From: a virus
Taxonomy: Duplodnaviria > Caudoviricetes
DNA: 30,586 nt
Direction: 5' to 3' (one strand)
Virus record (IMG/VR): IMGVR_UViG_3300008262_004862
Coordinates: 1 to 30,586 of that record
Shown here: piece after piece, positions 1 through 8,971 of the stretch
Layout: each line of letters opens with the position of its first letter
How positions within the stretch are numbered: the first letter of the stretch is position 1
Program-made: the position numbers and the translations under genes
Notes under the pieces: generated by a model
Told to the model about the DNA's origin: nothing
The model's input: only the letters and a program-made list of their open reading frames with translations
The model's database searches: none

Positions 1-1403
1 CTACTGTATTCTATCCTATTTGGCATCATCAGTTTGATGACCTTATTGTACTTAAGAACAACCAAGGAACAGAAGAAACCCGAGTCCGTCATATGGATTA
101 TGGGGTTGTGCTTAACGCTATGTTCTGGAGAAGATTTAAAAACAAAGAAAACATAACTTTCTTTGATCCAAACGAAGTACCAGATTTATATGAAGCATTT
201 TATCAGAACACTGATCGATTTGAAGAGCTGTATGTAAAATATGAAAAACGTAAAGATCTTCGAAAGAAAGTCATCAGTGCCGAAGAAGTTTTCAAGGGTG
301 GTATACTGAAAGAACGCACAGACACAGGTCGCATCTATTTGGTGTTTATTGATAATGTAATGAATCAAGGACCCTTTGATCCTGAATATCATACGATATA
401 TCAGAGTAACTTGTGCTGTGAGATCCTATTACCCACACGTCCCTTTAAACGACTCGACGACGATAGTGGTCGCATAGCGTTATGTACACTGGGATCTATC
501 AACTGGGGATCGTTCCGAAATCCAGAGGACATGCGTAGAGCCTGTAGGGTTCTACAGCGTAGCCTGTGTAACATCCTTGACTACCAAGACTTCTTGTCGA
601 TACAGAGCAAACTCAGTAACGATGAGATACAGCCATTAGGCATTGGAGTTACAAATCTAGCCTACTGGCACGCCAAACGTAGTTTACGTTATGGAGAAAA
701 AGATGCTCTACAAGAAGTTAAAACATGGATGGAGCATCAGGCCTATTACCTAACAGAAGCAACAGTTGAGCTGGCCAAAGAAAGAGGTGCTTGTCAGCAT
801 AGCTCACATACCCGATACGGCCAAGGCACATTCCCTTGGGAGTCACGTGCCCACGGAGTCAACGAGTTAGCCGACTTTACTCCTGAACTTGATTGGGAGA
901 TATTACGCAAGGAGATGAAAGAACATGGAGTACGAAATGCCACTCTTATGGCTATTGCTCCTGTGGAGTCAAGCTCTGTTGTTATTAACAGTACTAACGG
1001 TATTGAATTGCCTATGAGTTTGATCTCTACTAAAGAAAGCAAAGCCGGTTCCTTTACACAAGTAGTACCTGAATACCAAAGGTTGAAAAACAAATATCAA
1101 TTGATGTGGGAACAGAAAGACTGTGATGGTTATATTAAAACCGCAGCAGTATTAGCTGCTTATGTTGATCAATCAATTAGTACAAACACATTCTATAATC
1201 CAGCACACTTTGCGGATCGTAAAGTTCCAACTACATTGATTGCTAAGAACCTAATGCAGGCTCATATGTGGGGATTGAAAACATTCTACTACAGCCTAAT
1301 CAATAAGGCAGGTGCTAAAGCAGTAGCAGAAGAATTACCGCCACAACCAGGACAAGCAACAGAAGAATTTATTGAAGAGGACTGCGAAAGCTGTAAACTA
1401 TAA
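1..1403 (+). CDS. nrdA: Ribonucleotide reductase class Ia alpha subunit, 5'-truncated by the window edge
   Basis: Frame open from position 3 (TVFYPIWHHQF...). Contains QSNLCCEI, ALCTLGSIN, AIAPVESSS, DQSISTN, GLKTFYY and a C-terminal CESCKL redox pair. Confidence 0.97.
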   Translation, partial: TVFYPIWHHQFDDLIVLKNNQGTEETRVRHMDYGVVLNAMFWRRFKNKENITFFDPNEVPDLYEAFYQNTDRFEELYVKYEKRKDLRKKVISAEEVFKGGILKERTDTGRIYLVFIDNVMNQGPFDPEYHTIYQSNLCCEILLPTRPFKRLDDDSGRIALCTLGSINWGSFRNPEDMRRACRVLQRSLCNILDYQDFLSIQSKLSNDEIQPLGIGVTNLAYWHAKRSLRYGEKDALQEVKTWMEHQAYYLTEATVELAKERGACQHSSHTRYGQGTFPWESRAHGVNELADFTPELDWEILRKEMKEHGVRNATLMAIAPVESSSVVINSTNGIELPMSLISTKESKAGSFTQVVPEYQRLKNKYQLMWEQKDCDGYIKTAAVLAAYVDQSISTNTFYNPAHFADRKVPTTLIAKNLMQAHMWGLKTFYYSLINKAGAKAVAEELPPQPGQATEEFIEEDCESCKL

Positions 1404-2062
1404 TGTTAGAAACTTGCTGCGATATTTTAGTAGACGCTTATAAGCGTAATTGGATCACCAGTAGAGATGGTAACATCAGTATTCGTCACCACGATCGTGA
1501 TCATTTTTATGTTACCCCTAGTGGTGTACGTAAACAAAACATGCAGCCAGAAATGTTTAAAAAAATTAAAATCTGGAAAACAATTAACAGCGGAGTAGGT
1601 ACTGGTGTTTTTAATTATAACTGGGAAGTTATTGAACAAACTGACCTAAGTGGCAATCTTGAACCCAGCGGCGAGATGCCTTTACACTTTGGCCTACAAA
1701 AAGAATTAGGTCAGCACAAAGACGATGTCCGTGTTGTAGTACACGTTCATCCTACGTATTGTGTAGCCGCAATGCATGCTGGAATTGATTTAAGTACCGT
1801 AGTAAATGATTTTCCAGAACTCAGCAGATATACCAAGGTAGCACCTAATGTTGGCGATGTACCTCCTATTAGTCAAGAACTAGGTGACCAGTGCCATCGT
1901 AATTTAAAGTTAGATAAAGACGGAAATATTGCCTACGACATTGTAGGTATCAAAGGTCATGGAGTAGTTGCTATCGATAGTACTCCGTGGCGAGCATACG
2001 AACATATAGAAAGATTAGAACACATTTGCAAGATAGTTCTTGCTTCAGGAAAATACAAATGA
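1403..2062 (+). CDS. Class II aldolase/adducin-family metalloprotein
   Basis: DGNISIR, VTPSG, PSGEMPLH, VHVHP and GHGVV motifs. Overlaps the nrdA stop (TAATG) and the nrdB start (ATGA). Confidence 0.88.
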   Translation: MLETCCDILVDAYKRNWITSRDGNISIRHHDRDHFYVTPSGVRKQNMQPEMFKKIKIWKTINSGVGTGVFNYNWEVIEQTDLSGNLEPSGEMPLHFGLQKELGQHKDDVRVVVHVHPTYCVAAMHAGIDLSTVVNDFPELSRYTKVAPNVGDVPPISQELGDQCHRNLKLDKDGNIAYDIVGIKGHGVVAIDSTPWRAYEHIERLEHICKIVLASGKYK

Positions 2063-3159
2063 GCAAACAACAATACAATCTACACATAAAGACAGATTAC
2101 TTACATCGCAAGATGTTCCTAGATCCAGCCGGCCCTGTAACTGTTCAGAGATTTGAAGAAGTAAAATATAATAAAATTTCTGATTTTGAAAAAACAGCAC
2201 GTGGCTTTTATTGGGTGCCGGAAGAAATTAGTCTAAGCAAAGATGCCAACGACTTTAAAGATGCCAGTGATGCTGTCAAACATATCTTCACTAGTAACTT
2301 GTTACGTCAAACAGCACTAGATAGTTTACAAGGGCGTGGGCCTAGTCAAGTGTTTGCTCCAGTAGTCAGCTTACCTGAAATCGAAGCATTAATCTACAAC
2401 TGGACATTCTTTGAAACTAATATTCACAGTCGTAGTTACAGTCACATTATCCGTAACATTTATAATGTGCCTAAAGAAGTGTTTAACACCATTCACGACA
2501 CTAAAGAAATTGTAGATATGGCGTCAAGTGTTGGCAGTTACTATGACCAACTACATCTTATTAATTGTCGCAAAGAGCTAGGCGAAAAAATCACCGAAGA
2601 AGAACATATCAAGGCTATTTGGATGGCCTTACACGCAAGTTACGCATTAGAAGCGTTCCGCTTTATGGTATCATTTGCCACAAGCCTAGCAATGGTAGAA
2701 AACAAGATCTTTATTGGCAACGGCAACATTATTAGCCTAATCTTACAAGACGAATTATTACACAAGGGTTGGACTGCGTTTTTGATTAATCAGGTAATCA
2801 AAGAAGATCCAAGATTCGCTAAAGCTAAACAAGAATGCGAACAAGAAGTATATAATCTATACATGGATGTTATACGCGAAGAAAAAGAATGGGCTGACTA
2901 TTTGTTTAAGAAAGGTCCTGTGATTGGTTTGAACGCTGCCATTCTCAAAGACTTTGTTGACTATACCGCTGTTAATGCTCTCAAAGAGGTCGGTATCAAA
3001 TATCATTCTCCTGCTCCAAAAACTACACCAATACCGTGGTTCAATAAACACAGCGATACCAGCAAAAAACAAACTGCGTTACAAGAAAACGAATCAACCA
3101 ACTATGTAATCGGAGTCATGAGTGACAAAATTGATTACGAAGAATTACCAACAATTTAA
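2059..3159 (+). CDS. nrdB: Ribonucleotide reductase class Ia beta subunit
   Basis: YWVPEE, DSLQGR, ETNIHSRSY (radical Tyr), LEAFRF and DELLH di-iron motifs. Start moved from the track's 1987 to ATG 2059 because of the ATGA overlap. Confidence 0.96.
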   Translation: MSKQQYNLHIKTDYLHRKMFLDPAGPVTVQRFEEVKYNKISDFEKTARGFYWVPEEISLSKDANDFKDASDAVKHIFTSNLLRQTALDSLQGRGPSQVFAPVVSLPEIEALIYNWTFFETNIHSRSYSHIIRNIYNVPKEVFNTIHDTKEIVDMASSVGSYYDQLHLINCRKELGEKITEEEHIKAIWMALHASYALEAFRFMVSFATSLAMVENKIFIGNGNIISLILQDELLHKGWTAFLINQVIKEDPRFAKAKQECEQEVYNLYMDVIREEKEWADYLFKKGPVIGLNAAILKDFVDYTAVNALKEVGIKYHSPAPKTTPIPWFNKHSDTSKKQTALQENESTNYVIGVMSDKIDYEELPTI

Positions 3160-3168
3160 GGAAATTTT

Positions 3169-3399
3169 ATGAAAGCTATTGTATGGAGTAAGTACAACTG
3201 CCCCTACTGCGATCAAGCCAAGGCATTGTTAACAGCAAAGGGTATCCAATTTGAAGAGAAGAAAATTGGCGACGGATTCACTAAAGAAGATTTGCTAGAA
3301 GCTGTACCAACAGCAAGGACTGTGCCACAGATTTTTCTAGGAGAAGAGTTAGTGGGCGGATTTACAGAACTAAAGAAAAGGTTAACAAATGCTAATTGA
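3169..3399 (+). CDS. Glutaredoxin
   Basis: CPYC active site, TVPQIF, VGGF. Lies directly after nrdB. Confidence 0.95.
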   Translation: MKAIVWSKYNCPYCDQAKALLTAKGIQFEEKKIGDGFTKEDLLEAVPTARTVPQIFLGEELVGGFTELKKRLTNAN

Positions 3400-3679
3400 T
3401 AAAGGTGTTACGGCAGGTGAAGTAATAACATTAAAACTTACCAGCGGCGAAGAAATCGTAGCTACTTTGGTAGAAGAAACAGCTACTTATTATAAGTTAA
3501 AACGACCTATGGTTTTAGGCATGGGACAACAAGGCCCAGGACTAATGCCCTATCTGTTTACCGTTAATCCAGACAAAGAAATCAAACTGTTAAAAAACAC
3601 AGTAGTAATGGCAGAAGCCACTGATAAATCATTTGCTGATCAATTCATTCAAAGTACCACCGGAATCAAACTGGTGTAA
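3389..3679 (+). CDS. Hypothetical phage protein, possibly Sm-like fold
   Basis: TLKLTSGEEIVA beta-rich pattern. Overlaps the glutaredoxin end. The fold is an inference. Confidence 0.6.
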   Translation: MLIDKGVTAGEVITLKLTSGEEIVATLVEETATYYKLKRPMVLGMGQQGPGLMPYLFTVNPDKEIKLLKNTVVMAEATDKSFADQFIQSTTGIKLV

Positions 3680-3705
3680 ATAATAGTAAGATTTAGGAGA
3701 AATAG

Positions 3706-4419
3706 ATGGGAGAAAGACTTACAACCACGATGGGGGCCACAGGCGGAGCGGGTACATTCACCGTTGTTGATTATACTAATGACCTTAATACACTTTTTAC
3801 CAAGATGGATCAATTGACAAATGCAGTTACCTATCTAGATGATACCATTGAACAATGTTTTGGAGCGACATCAGTACCTAACAGCATAAATTCTGTTGCT
3901 AAGGCTACTGCCGATAACTTAAAAGCCATTAATGGTTTACTAAAAGACATAGATAAAAAAATGGTTGATCAAACTGGAGCAGGACTCCAACAGATTTCTA
4001 ACCATTTAAGTGGCGTTGCTTCAACATTGAATACCGGTGTTGCTACGCAGTTTATTCTTACAGCTGACCAGATGAAGAAAAATGCTTTTGATAAAGCTGC
4101 AACGCAGGCAGCACTAAAAAGAAATAACCTTCCAGAAGTTACTGTATCTAACGCTGATTTTATAACTACATTAGAATCAGTATTACAAGACGCAGGTAAC
4201 GTTGCTGCTCAAGCTTCAGCTACTGGATTTGTAACAACACAGGCCAATAGAGCTATTACTGCTGCCACTGATTTTATCACTGGTTTAGATCTTAAGCCGG
4301 GTGAAATATTTAATAGATTTAAATCAGCATTTGTAGCACGTTCTGCAGATAAAGAAGGTACAGTAGTTCAAAGTGAAGCGACAGTACTTAGGGCCCAATC
4401 AGATACTAGGTACACTTAA
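3706..4419 (+). CDS. Hypothetical Ala/Thr-rich helical protein, probably late or virion-associated
   Basis: 237-aa ORF with AGGAG SD and TAAATA at 3677-3682. Precedes the PAAR-like gene. Confidence 0.65.
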   Translation: MGERLTTTMGATGGAGTFTVVDYTNDLNTLFTKMDQLTNAVTYLDDTIEQCFGATSVPNSINSVAKATADNLKAINGLLKDIDKKMVDQTGAGLQQISNHLSGVASTLNTGVATQFILTADQMKKNAFDKAATQAALKRNNLPEVTVSNADFITTLESVLQDAGNVAAQASATGFVTTQANRAITAATDFITGLDLKPGEIFNRFKSAFVARSADKEGTVVQSEATVLRAQSDTRYT

Positions 4420-4421
4420 TT

Positions 4422-4673
4422 ATGACTGGTAAAGCCGCAGCTAGAATACAAAACGACGCAGCAGAATCTGTACTGGTTTCTGGTTCATTAGACGTCATTA
4501 TGGACTTCAATGGAATAGCCTTTGAAGGTTCTATCACAGCGTTTGGGAATGCTGTAGTAACTTCTTCTCGTAGCGTACTAGTCAACGGTAAAGGCATAGC
4601 TAGAGAATCCGATCTTACAGCACAAGGTCCTGCTATACAGACAGGATTTCAAGACGTTTGCGTAGGTGATTAA
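4422..4673 (+). CDS. PAAR-like spike-tip protein
   Basis: 83 aa. AAARIQND, VLVNGKGIARESD and terminal DVCVGD resemble PAAR repeats. Confidence 0.65.
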   Translation: MTGKAAARIQNDAAESVLVSGSLDVIMDFNGIAFEGSITAFGNAVVTSSRSVLVNGKGIARESDLTAQGPAIQTGFQDVCVGD

Positions 4674-5083
4674 TGAAAAAATTATTTTGGAACATATTAG
4701 GTTTCCTAAGTCTAGGAATGGCCTACATTGGAGTTATAACTCCTGGCATACCCTATAGTCCTTTTGTGGTGTTTGCCGCATACTGTTTTAGCAAAGGCAG
4801 CGAACGTATGCATAGATGGATTTATAATCATCCGCTGTTTGGCCCATTCTTGACTAACTGGAATACCAAACGTGTATTCCCAACTAAGATGAAATTTTTT
4901 ATGATAGCTATGATGTCAACTAGCCTAATTATTATGTACTTCACAGGTGTTAAACTTATAGGTATATTCAGTACAGCAGTATTCATGGCACTGGTAGCTA
5001 CATGGGCTTGGAGATTTCCAGGCAGCGTAGAAGAGCATCAACGTAGATTAGACAGCGGAGAAAAGGTAGGTTGGTTCAGATGA
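4673..5083 (+). CDS. YbaN/DUF454-family inner membrane protein
   Basis: Matches the family pattern LG.....IG...PG.P..PF...AA.CF.KGS.R.H.W...HP.FGP....W. Confidence 0.85.
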   Translation: MKKLFWNILGFLSLGMAYIGVITPGIPYSPFVVFAAYCFSKGSERMHRWIYNHPLFGPFLTNWNTKRVFPTKMKFFMIAMMSTSLIIMYFTGVKLIGIFSTAVFMALVATWAWRFPGSVEEHQRRLDSGEKVGWFR

Positions 5084-5706
5084 CCTACAAAATGCACAAT
5101 CTGTTTCCTATTCCGTTGTATCAGACTTCAATCAAAGGACCTGATCCGATAATAGAAAAGATATTGATCAATTCAGAGTTTAGTAACTTCAATGATTCTG
5201 ACCCTACACACTTAGAAACACCTAAAAGACATTTGTTAGATCAACCACAATTTGCCAATCTTAAAAAACAGATACAAGAAAAAGTCGATGAATATGTCTA
5301 CGAGGTGTTGGGCGTGACTAGAAAACAACAGTGGCTAATAACCACTAGTTGGTTGAATAAATCATTGCCTGGTGGATATCACTCAATGCATTGGCACAGC
5401 AACAGCATGGTCAGCGGAGTATATTACCTAAAGACCAATCCTAGGTCTGGAGCTATTGGTTTTCACAAAGAACGCTCACATAACAATCTATGGCGTGACA
5501 CATTCTGTATAGACTTTGATAAGACTACAGAATATAACACTGACTGTGCTATTAATCCAAAAAATAACGATCTACTGTTATTTCCATCAATATTAAATCA
5601 TAGTGTTATGGATAATCTATCAACTGAAGATCGCTATAGTCTAGCTTTCAATGTTTTTCCTAGAGGCATAATTGGTGAAGGCGGCAACAGCGAATTGACT
5701 CTATGA
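5080..5706 (+). CDS. Putative 2OG-Fe(II) oxygenase (TIGR02466-like)
   Basis: LFPIP, SWLN, HWHSNS.VSGVYY, LLLFPS.L.HSV, RYSLAFN. Start placed at the ATGA overlap at 5080. Confidence 0.85.
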   Translation: MTYKMHNLFPIPLYQTSIKGPDPIIEKILINSEFSNFNDSDPTHLETPKRHLLDQPQFANLKKQIQEKVDEYVYEVLGVTRKQQWLITTSWLNKSLPGGYHSMHWHSNSMVSGVYYLKTNPRSGAIGFHKERSHNNLWRDTFCIDFDKTTEYNTDCAINPKNNDLLLFPSILNHSVMDNLSTEDRYSLAFNVFPRGIIGEGGNSELTL

Positions 5707-6347
5707 ATTATCAAGTCACTCCGTTATTTGCTATTCCCTTATACCAAACCCAACTGGCTAAATTAACTTCTCTAGAACATGAATTTATTCTAAATCTAGA
5801 ATATGAAAGAATGCCAGCTGACAACGGTGACTACACCAAAGACAAATATGTTTTAGAAAAGCCAGAGCTAACCTTTCTAAAAGAACGCATTGTAAAAGGC
5901 ATAGAACATTTTGTCTACGAAGTGCTAGATTGTTCACGTGAAGTTAAATTTGAAATACAAAACAGTTGGGTCAATAGGCACGGCCAAACAGACTTTGCCG
6001 GCACCCACAGACATTCAAATAGTTTGATCAGCGGTGTGTACTATATCGATGTTGATCAACAAAGCGGTGCTATTGTATTTGAAAAAGATAAAAGTTACTA
6101 TAATCTTTGGCCTAATGTTATAGACATTGAATTCAATTATCAAACACACGAAGACCAAAGTAGGTTAAACATATTCAACGCTGACGGATGGGGCATCTAT
6201 CCTAAAGTAAACGAATTAATAATGTTTCCTAGCCATCTGTATCACGGAGTAGGCGAAAATCATTCCAATATCGTCCGTTATAGTCTAGCATTTAATGTAT
6301 TCCCCAAAGGTAATCTAGGCGGCAAATTGAACACTTTATACATATAG
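5703..6347 (+). CDS. Putative 2OG-Fe(II) oxygenase (TIGR02466-like), tandem paralog
   Basis: LFAIP, SWVN, HRHSNS.ISGVYY, MFPSHLYHGV, RYSLAFN. Confidence 0.85.
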   Translation: MNYQVTPLFAIPLYQTQLAKLTSLEHEFILNLEYERMPADNGDYTKDKYVLEKPELTFLKERIVKGIEHFVYEVLDCSREVKFEIQNSWVNRHGQTDFAGTHRHSNSLISGVYYIDVDQQSGAIVFEKDKSYYNLWPNVIDIEFNYQTHEDQSRLNIFNADGWGIYPKVNELIMFPSHLYHGVGENHSNIVRYSLAFNVFPKGNLGGKLNTLYI

Positions 6348-6377
6348 TTGACAAAATCTAAAAAAGAGTATTAAATA
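6348..6377 (+). promoter_or_regulatory. Promoter for the tmRNA, possibly dual sigma70/late
   Basis: TTGACA at 6348-6353, 17-nt spacer, then TTAAAT. A TAAATA overlaps at 6372-6377. Confidence 0.6.
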
Positions 6378-6380
6378 TAA

Positions 6381-6697
6381 GTTATTGCTGTATGAAGCAA
6401 AGAGAAAAGTGTTCTGGACGCGGGTTCGACCCCCGCCAGGTCCACCATAAAGGAGATTAGCATGAATGACGATCTAACTAACGTAGGAATAGGCGTAGTT
6501 GTTGTTCTTGTAGTATTTGCTCTAGTTCTTTTATGATGGGCCTGACATTGGTTTCGACAGGGCAAAGAGTAACAGAGTGGACAGCACGTCAGGAGTAGAC
6601 GTAAAAAGCAAAACAACGTAAACGCAAACGACGAACAGTTCGCATTAGCAGCCTAAACACTGCTTAGGGTAAGACATACCTCGTAACAGAAACTCAG
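6381..6697 (+). ncRNA. ssrA: Circularly permuted (two-piece) tmRNA, tag peptide ANDEQFALAA
   Basis: The T-arm GCGGG-TTCGACC-CCCGC (6420-6436) and acceptor 3' strand CAGGTCC-A-CCA (6437-6447) lie upstream of the 5' strand GGGCCTG (6538-6544). Together they form a 7-bp stem with G3:U. Tag frame is 6624-6656. Outer ends are approximate. Confidence 0.93.
6462..6536 (+). CDS. 24-aa hydrophobic peptide MNDDLTNVGIGVVVVLVVFALVLL inside the tmRNA intervening segment
   Basis: AAAGGAG SD (6449-6455) 6 nt before ATG. A 17-residue apolar run. The ORF fills the spacer almost exactly. Confidence 0.6.
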   Translation: MNDDLTNVGIGVVVVLVVFALVLL

Positions 6698-6719
6698 AAC
6701 CCGCTTCGGCGGGTTTTTT
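6698..6719 (+). terminator. Intrinsic terminator after the tmRNA
   Basis: AACCCGC-TTCG-GCGGGTT followed by a T run. Sits between convergent genes. Confidence 0.88.
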
Positions 6720-7593
6720 ATTCTATAAATTTTATTGCTACAAATCTGTTGTTCGACACCGGGCCACTAAACTTAACTTGTCCAATGGCAAATTCGTAGG
6801 GCACAGTCTTCGGATCAATATTATAAGTTTTTAACCATTTGATAAACTCAGGGTGCTGATAAATTTTTTTTCTATTTTCGTTAACATCGATACAAAACCC
6901 CCCAAATGAACCTAACCGTCCTGTACAGTCAAGCTCTCTTGGGTAATCATTGTCAAAAAATGATTGTAAAAAACTTTTACCTAATATAGATTGATTTAAT
7001 ATAGCAACTGGACCTTCAGTCTGCATAAAGTTAAAATTTTGTTGTTGTTCTTCTTTGGTAAATTCTAGGAAATTTAAAGAACTTGCGTCTGTTTCAAAAT
7101 CTAAAAATTCCAAAGGCAATATATCGAACAGGAATTTATTTTTATTTGGGTGTACAACATTTTCTAACTTATGTACAGCATCGTTTATAGGATCAATTAA
7201 TGCTAACCAATCTTTAAATTTTTTAATAAACGGCGGCGGATGAAAATTGGGATCAAATGGATTAGGTTGATGATTACGAAATTCCCACCACATACAGTTA
7301 TAAGTGAAAAATCTGTGTATTTGATTTAAGACCTTTTGATCATAGTTAAAATTGGGAGAAATTTCAAACGGTATTTTATATTCAATAGCTTTTAAATTTT
7401 CAAATGCCTGTAGGACATTTTCCCATTCGGCAGGATTCTTGTTATTACCAATCAGTCCAGATCTTCTTAAGAATGATTTTTTAAATTTGTAATCTAAAGT
7501 TTTTGAAAATTCAAACCATTTTCGTATGCCGGGATTATCAAACAACTCTACCGTAACTAAATTTGAATTTTCAAAAAGTATTTCTATCTTCAT
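6718..7593 (-). CDS. Hypothetical protein
   Basis: Long AT-rich ORF. Start MKIEILF at 7593 chosen because TATAAATA (7598-7605, minus strand) lies 4 nt upstream. Confidence 0.7.
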   Translation of the reverse strand: MKIEILFENSNLVTVELFDNPGIRKWFEFSKTLDYKFKKSFLRRSGLIGNNKNPAEWENVLQAFENLKAIEYKIPFEISPNFNYDQKVLNQIHRFFTYNCMWWEFRNHQPNPFDPNFHPPPFIKKFKDWLALIDPINDAVHKLENVVHPNKNKFLFDILPLEFLDFETDASSLNFLEFTKEEQQQNFNFMQTEGPVAILNQSILGKSFLQSFFDNDYPRELDCTGRLGSFGGFCIDVNENRKKIYQHPEFIKWLKTYNIDPKTVPYEFAIGQVKFSGPVSNNRFVAIKFIE

Positions 7594-7668
7594 GAAATAT
7601 TTATAACCCACATTCCCTTCACTGATCCAATATATTTGTTATATACTTGTCCTATACAAACACTCAGT

Positions 7669-7746
7669 ATTGAAATTTCCTATAAGCATCATTAAAAAAT
7701 ATTTAGGAAAAATCTATTGATTTTGTATTCTAATAGGATATATAAT
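7669..7746 (+). promoter_or_regulatory. OxyR-like binding site with a sigma70 promoter for ahpC
   Basis: ATTG-N7-CTAT-N7-ATTA-N8-TTAG-N7-CTAT (7669-7717) abuts TTGATT-N18-TATAAT (7717-7746). Confidence 0.55.
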
Positions 7747-7800
7747 TTACACATACAACATAGGTTGTTAAGTTTTCAAAACACACACTAAGGAGAAGAT

Positions 7801-8358
7801 ATGAAAACAGTTGGCGATAAACTAGAAAAATTTGCAGTAACAGGTGTTAAACCTGGTCAGCCCAGTGATGCTTTTTTTGACATCACAGAAAAATCTTTTG
7901 AAGGTAAATGGAAAGTAGTTGTTTACTATCCAAAAGATTTTACATTTGTGTGCCCAACAGAAATCGTTGCCTACGACAAATTGTCTAAGGATTTTGAAGA
8001 CCGCGATGCTGTTCTACTTACAGGTAGCACAGACAACGAGTTTTGTAAAGTCAGCTGGCAAAATGCCCACCCTGATTTAAAAAATATCAAACACTTTCAA
8101 TTCGCTGATACACAGCGTTGGAATAATGACACTATGGAAGACCTAAGCCTAATTAACCAGCTTGGTATATTCTATGCTCCGGCGGGTGCGGCATTACGTG
8201 CTACATTCATCATTGACCCAGAGAACGTTATCCAACACGTGACTGTCAACAACTTGAACGTCGGTCGCTCACCAGAAGAAACTCTGCGTGTGTTAGACGC
8301 ACTTCAAACTGGCGAACTATGTGCTTGTAACCGTACAGTAGGCGGAGAGACTCTATAA
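7801..8358 (+). CDS. ahpC: Peroxiredoxin (alkyl hydroperoxide reductase C)
   Basis: YPKDFTFVCPTE, RATFIID, VGRS.EETLR.LDALQ, GELC. AAGGAG SD. Confidence 0.95.
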   Translation: MKTVGDKLEKFAVTGVKPGQPSDAFFDITEKSFEGKWKVVVYYPKDFTFVCPTEIVAYDKLSKDFEDRDAVLLTGSTDNEFCKVSWQNAHPDLKNIKHFQFADTQRWNNDTMEDLSLINQLGIFYAPAGAALRATFIIDPENVIQHVTVNNLNVGRSPEETLRVLDALQTGELCACNRTVGGETL

Positions 8359-8864
8359 TGGCATTCATTGACGCCATCAAAGAAGCGTTGCCAGACTACG
8401 CAAAGGACACTAAGTTAAATCTTGATGCTGTTCTTTTGCGTAGTACATTGGATGCTGATGTGGCCATGGGTTGTGCCGTAGCCGCATTAGCCGCAACTGG
8501 TAACGGAAAGGTACTGGCTGTATTACTAGCTGATGCTCCGGTTCACGCAGACTCAGCAATGACAGCCGCAAGCATTATGGCACAGAACAATGTGTGGTAC
8601 CCATTTGTTGAGATGGCTGACGATCCAGCACTAAAGGGATTGCCGGCAGGTCTACGTATGAACGCCATTGCTAGCCATGGCGGAACTACCAAGTCAAACT
8701 TTGAAGCATTCAGTTTAGCCGCTAGTATTGTTGGCAAGTGTCACTTCTGTGTGAAAGCACATTACGAAACACTCAAGCAAGAAGGCTACACAGTTGAACA
8801 GCTTCGTGACATTGGTCGCATTGCCAGTGTTATGAACTCAGTAGCCAAAGTGTTGAATAGCTAA
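8358..8864 (+). CDS. ahpD: Alkyl hydroperoxide reductase D
   Basis: LPDYAKD.KLNL, MAQNNVWY, LRMN, SIVGKCHFCVKAH. Coupled to ahpC by TAATG. Confidence 0.92.
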   Translation: MAFIDAIKEALPDYAKDTKLNLDAVLLRSTLDADVAMGCAVAALAATGNGKVLAVLLADAPVHADSAMTAASIMAQNNVWYPFVEMADDPALKGLPAGLRMNAIASHGGTTKSNFEAFSLAASIVGKCHFCVKAHYETLKQEGYTVEQLRDIGRIASVMNSVAKVLNS

Positions 8865-8971
8865 AATCGCTAACTTCTTTTAATGATATTCACTATGTGT
8901 TTTATGGTGATTCTGTCATATAATAACGATACATACTAGTGCAGTATGTTTTTATTAAAAGGAGTACGATT

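Noticed and set aside
6411-6447. Stand-alone tRNA or attP-like tRNA fragment
   Set aside because: It has no anticodon arm. It pairs with 6538-6544 as part of the permuted tmRNA, and no integrase is nearby.
6371-6616. 81-aa minus-strand ORF
   Set aside because: It is the antisense shadow of the tmRNA. MVDLAGVEPAS is the typical reverse translation of a T-arm and acceptor end.
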